From NCBI GenBank assembly GCA_963764225.1, contig CAVXRL010000007.1, positions 531,510 to 595,509 on the forward strand: DNA of 64,000 nt, written 5' to 3'. Made by a program: the position numbers and the translations under genes. The stretch's first letter is position 1. The number at the start of each line of letters is the position of its first letter. The DNA is from an uncultured Actinomycetes bacterium. GTDB lineage: Bacteria; Actinomycetota; Thermoleophilia; UBA2241. Below, one piece after another: positions 1 through 9,553 of the stretch. Below the pieces are notes generated by a model. It made no database searches and was not told the DNA's origin. It saw only the letters and a list, made by a program, of their open reading frames with translations.

Positions 1-450
1 CACGGAGATCTCGTGCGTGTCCATCTCGCTGAGGTAGTCGTTCAGCCGGGCGATGTCGCCGACGTCCTGGAGCGTGCACTCGCGGACCCGGCCGGTGTCC
101 ACGTCGACGACGGCGATGCCCTCGCTGAAGTTGGTGAAGGCGACCCGCCCCGGCTCCATGAGGAAGTCGTTCTTGGGGTCGCGGCCGCAGAGCACGTACT
201 TGCTCGGCGACGAGGCGATGGCCTCCTCGACGACGTGCGGCGGGATGCGTACCATGCGCGTCTCCGCGTCGATCGTGCAGCCGCCGTCCTTGAAGATGTC
301 CCGCGCGTCCTGGGCCTCGACGAACACGCCCGTGCGCTCGAGCACCTCGAGCGAAGCGAGGTGGATGTCGTCGAGCTCCGACTCGGTGAACACGTTCACG
401 CTCAGCCCGCGGCTGCGCATGCCGCCGGCGAAGAGGTTGCGCTTCACACC
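1..450 (-). CDS. MttB-superfamily (trimethylamine/quaternary-amine:corrinoid) methyltransferase, 5' part only; gene continues past window start
   Basis: Minus-strand translation of 1-450 gives GTG-KRNLFAGGMRSRGLSVNVFTESELDDIHLASLEVLERTGVFVEAQDARDIF..., typical of the MttB-family N-terminus. GGAGG lies 6 nt before the GTG at 450. The plus-strand ORF 13..471 is its shadow. Confidence 0.6.
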
Positions 451-496
451 GCTCCTCCTGGTAGGGATTGACGAGTCTTGACTGCCCGGCGCGCGA

Positions 497-1894
497 TCAT
501 GCGCGCGCGCCCAGCCCGGCGTGCTCCTGGAAGCGCGCCACGCTGTTGATGGGCACCTCGAGCACCTCGGCGATGCGGAACTTGGCTTCCATCGCCCCGG
601 CGTGCGTGGGGTACGTGAGCTCCTGCACGGGGACACGGCCGAGGCCGAGGTCGCGGCGCACGTCGTGCATGGCGATGGGGTCGGCGAGATCGGTGACGGA
701 GCAACCGAGCTTGCCGGCCACGTAGGTCTTGGCGTCGCTGAGGCGCATGCCCCGGGTCATCTGCATGCGGCCCACCAGATCTCCGGTGGTCCGCATCCCG
801 CCCATGCCCGAAGCGAGCGCGTGGGTGCACGCCATGCCCAGCGGGTCACCCACGCCCACCTACAACCCGTCGCACTTGAGGATGTCGACGAGCGCGCGGG
901 AGACGCGTGACACGGCGTCCGCCGGCGGGTAGGGGCTCATCGGCACGCCGCCGACCCCCATGCCGACGTTGGGGTGCACGGGGATCTCCGCGACCGCCAT
1001 CGCCGGCTTGATGATGGCGCACGCCCGGGCCACGTTCCAGGCGATCGACTTGGTGGTGTTGACGTTGACGGCCGGCCCGAACATCGTCGCGCCGGCCTCC
1101 TGGGCGACCTCGAGCTGCGCCTTGGGCCACATGCCGGCGAGCCGCTTGCCCTTGTAGGTGAGCTCGCCGTGCATGCCCAGCACACACTCGCTCGCCATGC
1201 CGAGCTCGATGCCGATGTCGGGGTAGCGACCCTTGATGGTCTCGACGGCGGTCAGGGTCGCCAGGAAGTCGCCGTCGCCCGCGGCGCCGGCGGTGTCGAA
1301 GTCCATGCCGTCGGCGCCGGCCTCCCACATGCCCTCGGCGACGAACACCATGTCGCGGACCGCGTGGTCGATGGCCGCCACTTGCGCGTCGCGCGCCTCG
1401 TCGATCTTGCCGAGCGGCATGAGCTCCGACCAGTTCGGGATGGGCCCGTCGGGCATGGAGTAGCGGCCCAGGTCCGGCATCGCGCCGTATTGGCAGGGCG
1501 CGATGAGGTTGAGCTGGGCCACCTTCATCGCCTGTGCCTCGAAGCTCAGGATGGTCTTGATGGCCTTGTACGAGTAGTCGATGGCGAACAGCTCGAGCAT
1601 GTCCGCTCCGCGGTGGCTCTGGTAGCTGTAGAGCTCGTCCACCCGGGTGCCGGAGTCGAGGTTGCCGGAGCCGTCGAAGCTGAGGCAGACCTCGTCGCCC
1701 ATGTCCACCGCGCTGAACTTCGACTCGCTCGAGAAGATGTCCAGCAGGTGGTCGATCTCCGCCTCGGAGAGCGGAGAGGCCTTCGCGCGGCGGGCCCCGA
1801 GCGCGGAGCCTGCCACCAGGTCTTCGCGGATCTCCGCCGGAGTCATCTCGACGAGCCCACCGTCGCCGAGGCGCGTACGTACAGGTCGCTCCAC
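497..1894 (-). CDS. mtbB: Dimethylamine:corrinoid methyltransferase MtbB, copy 1, with in-frame UAG (pyrrolysine) codon at 860-862
   Basis: ORFs 860..1894 and 497..859 are in the same frame, separated only by TAG. The junction reads ...[45 protein letters not shown], matching the MtbB Pyl site (...[14 protein letters not shown]...). Conserved motifs are present across the 465 aa (RLGDG, YGAMPDLG, GADGMDFDTAGAAGDGDF, GMHGELTYKGKRLAG, FGPAVNVNTTKS, VGGVPM). Start is GTG at 1894 and the final stop is TGA. Confidence 0.85.
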
Positions 1895-1923
1895 TTCAGC
1901 ACCCCCGATGGCCGTCCTGAGCG

Positions 1924-1943
1924 ATTAGTTAGTTGTGTAACTA
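1924..1943. promoter_or_regulatory. Candidate TetR operator, inverted repeat TTAGTTA-gttgtg-TAACTAA, 30 bp upstream of mtbB1 start, in the mtbB1/tetR divergent region
   Basis: Inverted repeat seen directly in the sequence. An almost identical site lies upstream of mtbB2. Confidence 0.5.
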
Positions 1944-2110
1944 ATTGGTGAGGTAGACTACCAGACGCGATTGGGGTGTCAAGGAGACGCGGATGCCGAT
2001 CCGGCGGCCGGCGCGCGGTGGTCTGGCTCGCCGGCCGCGCAATCCGGTAAGGTGCGCATCGATGAGAAAGCGGGCCGTGCTGCGGCGCCCGCGGGAGACG
2101 CGAGGGAGGG

Positions 2111-2743
2111 GTGGCGGGCTTGACCAGGTACGAGCTTCCGTTCGACGATCCCACCCCCGACCTGTCGCCGACGGCGGCCAGGATCCTGGAGGCGGCCAGG
2201 CAGGTCCTCTCGAGGGACGGGTTACGGGGGCTCACGTTCGAGATCATCGCCCGGCAGGCGGGAGAGAACCCGGCCCTGATCCGCTACCACTTCGGCAGCA
2301 AGGCCGGGCTCCTGTCCGCGCTCGTGGACTCCGTGCTCTACCAGGAGGCCGTGGAGCTCGTCGAGCGACTCACGGACGTGCCCGCCGGCGACGAGCGGCG
2401 CGCCCGGCTGCTCGACCTGCACGAAGGGCTGCCGGAGGACACGGACGCGTACCGCAACTTCTTCGAGCTGATCCCGCACATCCTGCGCGACGAAGAGCTC
2501 CGGCCGCACCTGCGCGGCCTGTTCGACTGGTACCGCAAGCTGGACGCGTGGGCGCTCAAGGACGCCGGCGCCACGGAGCCGGCGGCGCACATCGCGCCCC
2601 TGGCGCTGCTCACGGTGGCGATCGCCGACGGCATCGCGCTGCAGAAGCTGGCCGACCCGGGCCTGGACTTCGAGCCGGCCTTCGCGCTGTGGCGCCGGCT
2701 CGTCCTCGGCCACGTGGAGTCGGGCGGCGAAGCAGCCGGCTGA
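2111..2743 (+). CDS. TetR/AcrR family transcriptional regulator
   Basis: N-terminal HTH with the TetR signature ...ILEAARQVLSRDGLRGLTFEIIARQAGENPALIRYHFGSKAGLL, followed by a helical ligand-binding domain. Divergent from mtbB1. Confidence 0.8.
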   Translation: MAGLTRYELPFDDPTPDLSPTAARILEAARQVLSRDGLRGLTFEIIARQAGENPALIRYHFGSKAGLLSALVDSVLYQEAVELVERLTDVPAGDERRARLLDLHEGLPEDTDAYRNFFELIPHILRDEELRPHLRGLFDWYRKLDAWALKDAGATEPAAHIAPLALLTVAIADGIALQKLADPGLDFEPAFALWRRLVLGHVESGGEAAG

Positions 2744-2820
2744 GCCCCCGGGGTCGGCCGCTGCTCCTGCGGCCGCCGGGGCGGCTGCTCGCGCGGCCGG
2801 CCGGGGCGGCCCCGTCCGTC

Positions 2821-4287
2821 TCAGCCGAGCTCGGCGTCGGCGGCGGCGCAGATCCTCGCCAGCTCCGCCGCCTTCCCCGCGTCGAGCGGCTCGGGCACGT
2901 AGTTCTCGAGGATGTCGAGCCCGCGCTCGCGCGCGACCTCCACGGGGTCGCGCAGGTGCGCGCCGTCCGGCCCGATCTCCTGCCCGATCGAGCGCTCGAC
3001 CGTCTCCTTCATGTGCCGGCGGGTGTGCGCCTGCCCCAAAAAGTGCCCGCCGGGCCCCACCGCGTCGATCACGTCGAGCGCCAGCTGCTCCTCGTCCAGC
3101 TCGAGGTCGCGGAACGCGCTCGCCGCGCGCCGGTAGAGGTCGTCGTCCAGCAGCAGGTGTTCGGGGGTGAACAGCTGGTACCGGTTGGTCAGCCCTATGG
3201 TGGTCATGAGTTCCGAGCCGACGATGCCGGCGAGCATGACGGTGTGCGCCGTCTCGGCCGCCGCCAGCCAGCTGCCCGGCAGGTCGTCGTCGGTGCCGGC
3301 GTACCCGGTCATCGCCGGCAGCCCGAAGTGGTGCACGAGCTCGCCGGGCAGGAACAGCCCCTTGTGGTTCAGCGGCGCCGTCGTGAGCGCCGCCGTCCGC
3401 GGGTCGGCGTGCACCGGCAGGGGGAAGAGGATCACGGGCGCCCCGGGGTGCGCCAGCTGCACGCACACCGTGGCGCTCACGAGCTCGGCGAAGCCCATGA
3501 CGAGGGCGCCGGCCTTGGTGGCCGGCGCCGTCGTCCCGTAGGTCGGCATGGTGACGAAGCACACGGGGACGCCGGCCTCGGCGAACACGAGCGCCGCCTC
3601 GATGCCGTCCCTGTCGTTGACGAGCGGCTGCACGGTGCCGATGAGGTTGCTCAGCGGGGGGCGGCGGCGCAGCCGCTCCGCCCCGCCCGCGACAACCGTC
3701 GCCATCTCGACCGCGTACCTCGCCTGGCGCTCACCCTGGACCATGCCCTGCAGGTGCTTGGCGGTGTTGTTCCAGGCCGCGTCGAGCTCGTGCAGCGTGT
3801 GCGTGTCGCCGGTGTCGGCGGCGGCCACGGTGGGCCACCAGAACTGCAGCGAGCCGAGGTAGTCGACCATGCGCGTGATCGCGGAGAGGTCGTCCTTGGT
3901 CGGCGCCCGGCGCAGCCCGGTGCGCCAGTCGACGACCTCGGTGCCGCAGCCGTTGGTGGTGTTGTACGTCTCGCCGCTGGAGAGGTCGAGGTCGAGGGTA
4001 CCGTCGCGCGACCCGAGCCGGAAGGTGCGCGGGGCTTCGGCCAGCGCTGCCGTCACGAGGTCGGGCGCGAAGCGCACGACGCCGGACGCGCGGTCCACCC
4101 GCGCACCGTGCCCGGCCAGGATGTCGAGCGCCTTGGGCGAGCCGAACCTGACCCCGGTGCGCTCGAGCACCAGCAGGACGGCCTCCTTGTAGCGGTCGAG
4201 CCTGGCGTCGTCGTAGAAGCGCACGGTGAAGTCCGAGCCGAGCGGCAGCAGCGGCTGCCGCCGGCTGAGATCGAGCTGAGAGGTCAT
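2821..4287 (-). CDS. MttB-superfamily methyltransferase (COG5598), non-pyrrolysine member with no in-frame stop; likely quaternary-amine or other methylamine:corrinoid methyltransferase
   Basis: 488 aa from MTSQLDLSRRQPLLPLGSDFTVRFYDD... to ...AADAELG. MttB-family motifs are present (GGHFLGQAHT, LFTPEHLLLDDD). The ATG overlaps the mtbB2 TGA (ATGA). The long ORF 2821..5136 in the track over-extends the N-terminus. Confidence 0.8.
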   Translation of the reverse strand: MTSQLDLSRRQPLLPLGSDFTVRFYDDARLDRYKEAVLLVLERTGVRFGSPKALDILAGHGARVDRASGVVRFAPDLVTAALAEAPRTFRLGSRDGTLDLDLSSGETYNTTNGCGTEVVDWRTGLRRAPTKDDLSAITRMVDYLGSLQFWWPTVAAADTGDTHTLHELDAAWNNTAKHLQGMVQGERQARYAVEMATVVAGGAERLRRRPPLSNLIGTVQPLVNDRDGIEAALVFAEAGVPVCFVTMPTYGTTAPATKAGALVMGFAELVSATVCVQLAHPGAPVILFPLPVHADPRTAALTTAPLNHKGLFLPGELVHHFGLPAMTGYAGTDDDLPGSWLAAAETAHTVMLAGIVGSELMTTIGLTNRYQLFTPEHLLLDDDLYRRAASAFRDLELDEEQLALDVIDAVGPGGHFLGQAHTRRHMKETVERSIGQEIGPDGAHLRDPVEVARERGLDILENYVPEPLDAGKAAELARICAAADAELG

Positions 4288-5681
4288 GCAGTCACCCCGA
4301 GCCCGGCGTTGGCCTTGAAGCGCTCCACCGAGTTGATCGGGATGTCCAGCACCTCGGCGATGTGGAACTTGGCCTCCATCGTGCCGGGGTGGTTCGGATA
4401 GGTGAGGTCCTGCACCTGCATACGCGCGAGGCCGAGGTCGCGCCTGAGGTCGTGCATGGCGATGGTGTCGCTGAGGTCGAGGACGGAACACCCGAGCTTG
4501 TCGGCGACGTACTGCTTGGCCTGCGGAAGGCGCAGGCCCCGGGTCAGTTGCATGCGAGCCACCAGATCTCCGGCGGTCCGCATCCCGCCCATGCCCGAGG
4601 CGAGCGCGTGTGACGAGGCCATCCCGAGGGGATCCCCGACCCCTACCTACAACCCGTCGATCTTGCAGATGTCGACCAGGGCTTTGGAGGCCCGGGACGT
4701 CGCGTCGACGGGCGGGTACGGGGTCATGGGCACGCCGCCGACCCCCATGCCGGCGTTCACGTGCACGGGGATCGTGGCCTCGGCGGTGACCGGCTTGATG
4801 AGCGCGCAGGAGCGCGCGGTGTTCCAGGCGAGCGACTTCGTCGTGTTCACGTTGACGGCCGGCCCGAAGATCGTGGCGCCGGCCGCCTCGCAGGCGCGGA
4901 GCTGGCCGAGCGGCCACTGGCCGGCCAGCCGCGTGCCCTCGTACTCGAGCTGTCCGTGCATGCCGAGCACGAGCTCGGAGGCCTGGCCGATCTCGATGCC
5001 GACGTCGGGATAGGCGTCGCGCAGCCGGCGGGCGACGCGCAGGGTGGCGAGCAGGTCGGCGTCGCCGGAGGCGCCGGCGGTGTCGAAGTCGAGCCCGTCC
5101 ACGCCGGCCTCGATCATGCCCTCCGCCACCAGCCACATGTCGTGCTCGAGGTGCCCGGCGGCCTCCTCCTGGGCGGCGCGCGCCTCCGCGATCTTGCCGA
5201 GCGGCATCAGCTGCGACCAGTTGGGCGCCGGGCCGTCGGGCTGCGAGTAGCGGCCCAGGTCCGGCATGGCCCCGTAGTTGAGCGGCACGACCGTCTGCTG
5301 CTGCGCGTCCTTGAGCATCTGCGTCTGGAACGGCAGCACGGTGCGCACGGCCTTGTACGAGTAGTCGTGGTGCCAGAGCTCGATCATGTCGGCGCCGTGG
5401 TGGTTCTGGTAGATGACCTGCTCGAGCACCGGTGAGGAGATGTCCGCGTTGCCGGAGCCGTCGAAGCTCAGGACGACCTCGTCGCCGTAGTCGACGGAGC
5501 TGAACCGGGCCGCGGAGCTGAAGATGTCCAGGAGGTGGGCGATCTCGTCGTCGCTCAGCGGTTCGACCTTGGCCCGCTTGACGGCCGCCTCCGAGCCGGC
5601 GTGCAGGTCGGCCTCGAGCTCCGCGCGCGTCAGCTCGGTCAGCGACCCGTCACCGAGCCGCGTCGGGATGCGGTGTGCCAT
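4284..5681 (-). CDS. mtbB: Dimethylamine:corrinoid methyltransferase MtbB, copy 2, with in-frame UAG (pyrrolysine) codon at 4647-4649
   Basis: ORF 4647..5681 ends at TAG 4647-4649 and the same frame continues as ...[41 protein letters not shown]... to TGA at 4284. About 70% identical to copy 1. RBS GGGAGG lies 5 nt before the ATG at 5681. Confidence 0.85.
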
Positions 5682-5717
5682 CGATCCTCCCGTCGTCCCC
5701 CCGAAGGGCGGTCGTCG

Positions 5718-5737
5718 TTAGTTAGTCGTATAACTAA
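5718..5737. promoter_or_regulatory. Candidate TetR operator, inverted repeat TTAGTTA-gtcgta-TAACTAA, 37 bp upstream of mtbB2 start
   Basis: Same half-sites and 6-nt spacer as the site at 1924-1943. Confidence 0.5.
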
Positions 5738-5825
5738 ACGAACCAGCCCTCGGACGATACCAGAAGCGGGCGCCGGGGTGTCAAGCGCACGGCGGCGGGA
5801 CGACGGGGGAACCGGAGGGCCGGCC

Positions 5826-6119
5826 TCAGAATTCCTCCGCCTCGGCGCCGGCCGGCGGCTCCTGCATGACGCCGTCCGCGTCCTGGCGCTCGGCGGCCAG
5901 TCGCTCGATGCGGTCGACGAGCTCGCGCGGAGCCTCTCCGCTGGAGAGCGCCTCACGGTCGACGGTCCACTGCCCCTGCTCGTCGAAGCGGCACGCCTCC
6001 CAGCCGCTCTCGCACACCTCCACGAGGCCCTCGCCGGTCAGCGGCAGCCCGAACTGCCGCCGGATGACCTCGGCGGCCTCGTCCACGCTGAGTCTGTCCT
6101 GTTCGAAATCCATCGTCAC
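5826..6119 (-). CDS. Hypothetical small acidic protein (97 aa)
   Basis: Intact ORF with GC3-rich codon usage. No recognisable domain. Confidence 0.4.
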   Translation of the reverse strand: MTMDFEQDRLSVDEAAEVIRRQFGLPLTGEGLVEVCESGWEACRFDEQGQWTVDREALSSGEAPRELVDRIERLAAERQDADGVMQEPPAGAEAEEF

Positions 6120-6245
6120 TCGTCCTCGCTCGCGGCCCGCGCGCTCAGCGGCGCGCCCTCACCCTCAGTCGTACCCGGCCGGACGGGCGCCGTGCGGGCA
6201 GGTGTGGCCGGGTGGGCGTGGCGCTGATGCCGTACCATTGACGGC

Positions 6246-7115
6246 ATGAGCGCCCACGCATCGCCCCAGTCGCTCTCCGTGACGTTCGCGGGACACTCGA
6301 CGGTGCTCCTGGACGTCGGCGGCGTGCGGCTGCTCACCGACCCGCTGCTGCGGCGGCGCGTCGGTGTGCTGATCCGGCGCGCCGCCGTCCCGGCGGCGGA
6401 GTTGCGGCGCGACCTCGACGCCGTGCTCATCTCCCACGCGCACCTCGACCACCTCGACGTCCCGTCGCTGCGCATGCTCGACCGGGACACCCCGGTCGTG
6501 GCGCCGCGCGGGGTCGGCAAGCTGCTGCGGCGCCAGGGGTTCGAGCCGGTCGAGCTCGAGGCGGGGGAAGAGGTCGAGCTCGCTGCTCGGCGGCAGGCCG
6601 GGGAGGAGGCGCATGCGCCGGTCACGGTGCGCGCCGTCCCGGCGTTCCACAGCGGCACGCGGTACCCGCTGGGCACGCCCTCGTCGGCTCTGGGCTACGT
6701 GGTCAGCGGCGCCCTGAGCGCCTACTTCGCCGGCGACACGGGCCTCTTCGACGGCATGCGGGAGCTCGGCCCCGTGGACGTCGCCGTGCTGCCGGTGGGC
6801 GGGTGGGGGCCGCGCCTGCCCGACGACCACCTCGGCCCCCTCTCGGCCGCGCGGGCGCTCCAGTTGCTGCGGCCGCGGGCCTGCGTGCCGGTGCACTGGG
6901 GCACGCTGTACCCGCCGTGGCTGCCGCCCGAGTTCAACGCGAAGTGGAGCGAGTGGCCGCGCGCGTTCGAGCGGTACGCGCGGCACCTGGCCCCCGACGT
7001 GGAGGTGCGCGTGCTGCCCCCGGGCGGCACGACGACGTTCACACCCGGGCAGACCATGCTCCCGGACGAGCCGGCGGCGCCCGTCGGCGAGCCGGCTCGG
7101 GACGGGTCCCCATGA
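6246..7115 (+). CDS. MBL-fold metallo-hydrolase
   Basis: HAHLDH metal-binding motif and a beta-lactamase-fold pattern. Confidence 0.75.
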   Translation: MSAHASPQSLSVTFAGHSTVLLDVGGVRLLTDPLLRRRVGVLIRRAAVPAAELRRDLDAVLISHAHLDHLDVPSLRMLDRDTPVVAPRGVGKLLRRQGFEPVELEAGEEVELAARRQAGEEAHAPVTVRAVPAFHSGTRYPLGTPSSALGYVVSGALSAYFAGDTGLFDGMRELGPVDVAVLPVGGWGPRLPDDHLGPLSAARALQLLRPRACVPVHWGTLYPPWLPPEFNAKWSEWPRAFERYARHLAPDVEVRVLPPGGTTTFTPGQTMLPDEPAAPVGEPARDGSP

Positions 7116-7993
7116 GCTCCTCGGAGCTGCGCGTCGCCCTGCTGCAGCTCGCGGGCTCCGGCTACGACCGGGAGCGCAGCCTGGCGCGCGGACTGGCCGC
7201 CTGCCGGGAGGCGGCCGAGCGGGGCGCGCACCTCGCCCTGTTCCCGGAGCTCTGGAGCACCGGCTACGCGTTCCCCGACGGCGACCTCGAGCGCTGGCGG
7301 GCGCAGGCGCTGCAGCGCGAGGACCCGTGGGTGCAGGCGTTCGCGGCCTCCGCCGCCGAGCTCGGCATGGCGGTGGCGGTCACCTACCTGGAGGCGTCCC
7401 CGGCGGGGCCGCGCAACGTGCTGACGCTCTTCGACGGCCGCGGCCACGAGGTACTCACCTACGCCAAAGCGCACACCTGCAGCTTCGATCTGCCCGAGCA
7501 GGCGCTCGTACCCGGTGACGAGTACCCCGTGGCGACGCTGCCGACGGGCGCCGGGCCCGTGGAGGTCGGAGCCATGATCTGCTTCGACCGCGAGTTCCCG
7601 GAAGCGGCAAGAGCCCTCGGCCTGGGCGGCGCCGAGCTGATCCTCGTGCCCAACGCCTGCGAGCTCGAGGCCAACCGGCTCGGGCAGGTGCGGGCGCGCG
7701 CGTTCGAGACCATGACGGCCGTGGCGGTGGCCAACTACGCGGCGCCGCGGAAGAGGCCCGTCGCGGAGGAGAACGGCCACTCCACGCTGGTCGACCCGAT
7801 CGCCTTCGACGCGGAGGGCCGCAGTCGCGACACGCGCCTGTTCGAGGCCGGCGAGGCGGAGGGGGTCTACGTGGTGACGCTCGACCTCGGCGCTCTGCGC
7901 GAGTGGCGCGAGCGGGAGGTCTGGGGGAGCAAGTGCCGCCGGCCGGAGACCTACGGCGCGCTGGTGGAACCCAGAGAGGACGTCTGCGGCTGA
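7112..7993 (+). CDS. Carbon-nitrogen hydrolase (nitrilase superfamily) protein
   Basis: MSSSELRVALLQ...LALFPELWSTGY... with catalytic E-K-C context (GAMICFDREFPE). Start overlaps the upstream stop (ATGA). Confidence 0.75.
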   Translation: MSSSELRVALLQLAGSGYDRERSLARGLAACREAAERGAHLALFPELWSTGYAFPDGDLERWRAQALQREDPWVQAFAASAAELGMAVAVTYLEASPAGPRNVLTLFDGRGHEVLTYAKAHTCSFDLPEQALVPGDEYPVATLPTGAGPVEVGAMICFDREFPEAARALGLGGAELILVPNACELEANRLGQVRARAFETMTAVAVANYAAPRKRPVAEENGHSTLVDPIAFDAEGRSRDTRLFEAGEAEGVYVVTLDLGALREWREREVWGSKCRRPETYGALVEPREDVCG

Positions 7994-8127
7994 GGATCGC
8001 AGGCCGCCGGGTCTTCAGGCGACCAAACGCGACGCGGCGGCCGGCTCACGCCGGCCGCCGCGCCGCCTCCGGGCATCAGTGTGGGGTGCGCCTCGCGGCG
8101 CCCCCCACGCTAAGCCGCCTGCGGTGC

Positions 8128-9408
8128 TTAGTCGTCGAAGTTGCCGGCGGCGCCCTTGTCGGTGTCGAGCGTCTTGGCGCGCTCGACGATCTTCTCGTCG
8201 GTCCACTCCGCGGGGTCCTCGATGCGGCCGACCTTGGGCCCGAGGTCGTACGAGCCGGCCTCCAGGATCGCCTCGACGGCGAGCGGCGCCGTGTCTCCGC
8301 CGTTGAGGACGTCGGTCATCATCTTGTAGGCGAAGTCCTCGACGCGCCTGGCCATACGCTCGCGGATCTCGGCCGGCTGCGCCAGGAACCTGCTCTCGAA
8401 CGGCAGGTTGAGGTTCTTGTAGTCGCCCTTCTTCCAGCCCTTCTCGTCGGCGTAGGCGACCACCTCGGCCCACATCTCCTCGGTCACGCCCTCGCCCTCG
8501 ACCTTGATGAAGCCGCCGTCGGCGTCGAGCTGCGCGTTGCCGTAGTCGTTGACCTCGAGGCCCCAGCTGATCATCTGCAGGGCGGTCGCCACGTTGGCCT
8601 TGGTGGTGTGCGTGCGCGCGGCGATCTCGCGCAGGCGGTCGGAGCTGTTGCCCGAGGTACCGTGCTGGGCGCCGCTCACGTTGTACGGCTCGAGGACCCT
8701 GTGGACCTCGGCGGTGAGCCCGACCTGGATGCCGGCGTCGGACGCCTCGATGCCGTGGGTGGTGCCGTTGTTAAGGGCGATCCAGTCCGCGGCGATGCCG
8801 TGGGCGTTGAGCCCCTGGATGAGGAACAGCGCCTCGTCCGGCGTGGAGAGGCCGGTGGAACCCTTGATCTCCCCGATCTCGGTCTCGAGGCCGGCCCACG
8901 CCGGGATGTACTCGTGCACGGCGAGGTTGGTGAGCAGGTTCTGGTCGTTGGGCTGGTGCGAGGCGTCGATGGCGATGGAGGTGATGCCGGCGTCGAACAT
9001 GCTGGGGATCTCGACCCGCGCCTGGGCGAGGTCCTTCTCGTTCTTCATGCCGTAGTGGTCCGCGTGGACGGCCACCGGGATGGTGATGCCCATCTCGTTG
9101 CAGAGCGAGTCGACGATGCGCGCCATGTTCCAGTAGTTCACGGCGCAGTACGCCTTCTGCCCGCCCTCGGACTTGGCGATCTCGACGATGAGCGCGGCGT
9201 TGGCCCGCTGCGCGGCCCGCAGGGCGCCGCGGATGACGAAGCTGTTGCGGCCGTTCGCGGCCATCGCGATGGCCTTGCCCTTGGCGCGCATGGCCCGGTC
9301 GATGGCCTTGCCGCTGACAAGGAGAGCCTTGGAGTTGGGGAACAGAGCCTGCACGTTGGGAGGCCGTCCCACCTGGAGGGCTCTCTCGAAATCCTCTGCG
9401 TACGCCAT
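8128..9408 (-). CDS. Class II fructose/tagatose-bisphosphate aldolase family protein (long form)
   Basis: Motifs VAVHADHYG, SIAIDASH, TEIGEIKG, NGTTHG and GAQHGTSGNS match PF01116 metal and substrate sites. Stop codon is TAA. Confidence 0.7.
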   Translation of the reverse strand: MAYAEDFERALQVGRPPNVQALFPNSKALLVSGKAIDRAMRAKGKAIAMAANGRNSFVIRGALRAAQRANAALIVEIAKSEGGQKAYCAVNYWNMARIVDSLCNEMGITIPVAVHADHYGMKNEKDLAQARVEIPSMFDAGITSIAIDASHQPNDQNLLTNLAVHEYIPAWAGLETEIGEIKGSTGLSTPDEALFLIQGLNAHGIAADWIALNNGTTHGIEASDAGIQVGLTAEVHRVLEPYNVSGAQHGTSGNSSDRLREIAARTHTTKANVATALQMISWGLEVNDYGNAQLDADGGFIKVEGEGVTEEMWAEVVAYADEKGWKKGDYKNLNLPFESRFLAQPAEIRERMARRVEDFAYKMMTDVLNGGDTAPLAVEAILEAGSYDLGPKVGRIEDPAEWTDEKIVERAKTLDTDKGAAGNFDD

Positions 9409-9553
9409 GGACGTCTCCTTCAGGGGGTTGTGGACGCTGTCTTCGGCAGGATTCTACCGAATACCAGACGGCGCTATGCGCAGTGGTGACCGAAAAGGCT
9501 CAGAGCAGCACAGCGGGGGCGTGATGGCGACAGGGCGCGGCGAGCGGCGGCGC

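Noticed and set aside
1993-4401. 802-aa plus-strand ORF
   Set aside because: Arg/Pro/Gly-rich low-complexity translation lying antisense to the mttB-like and mtbB2 genes; a typical high-GC shadow ORF.
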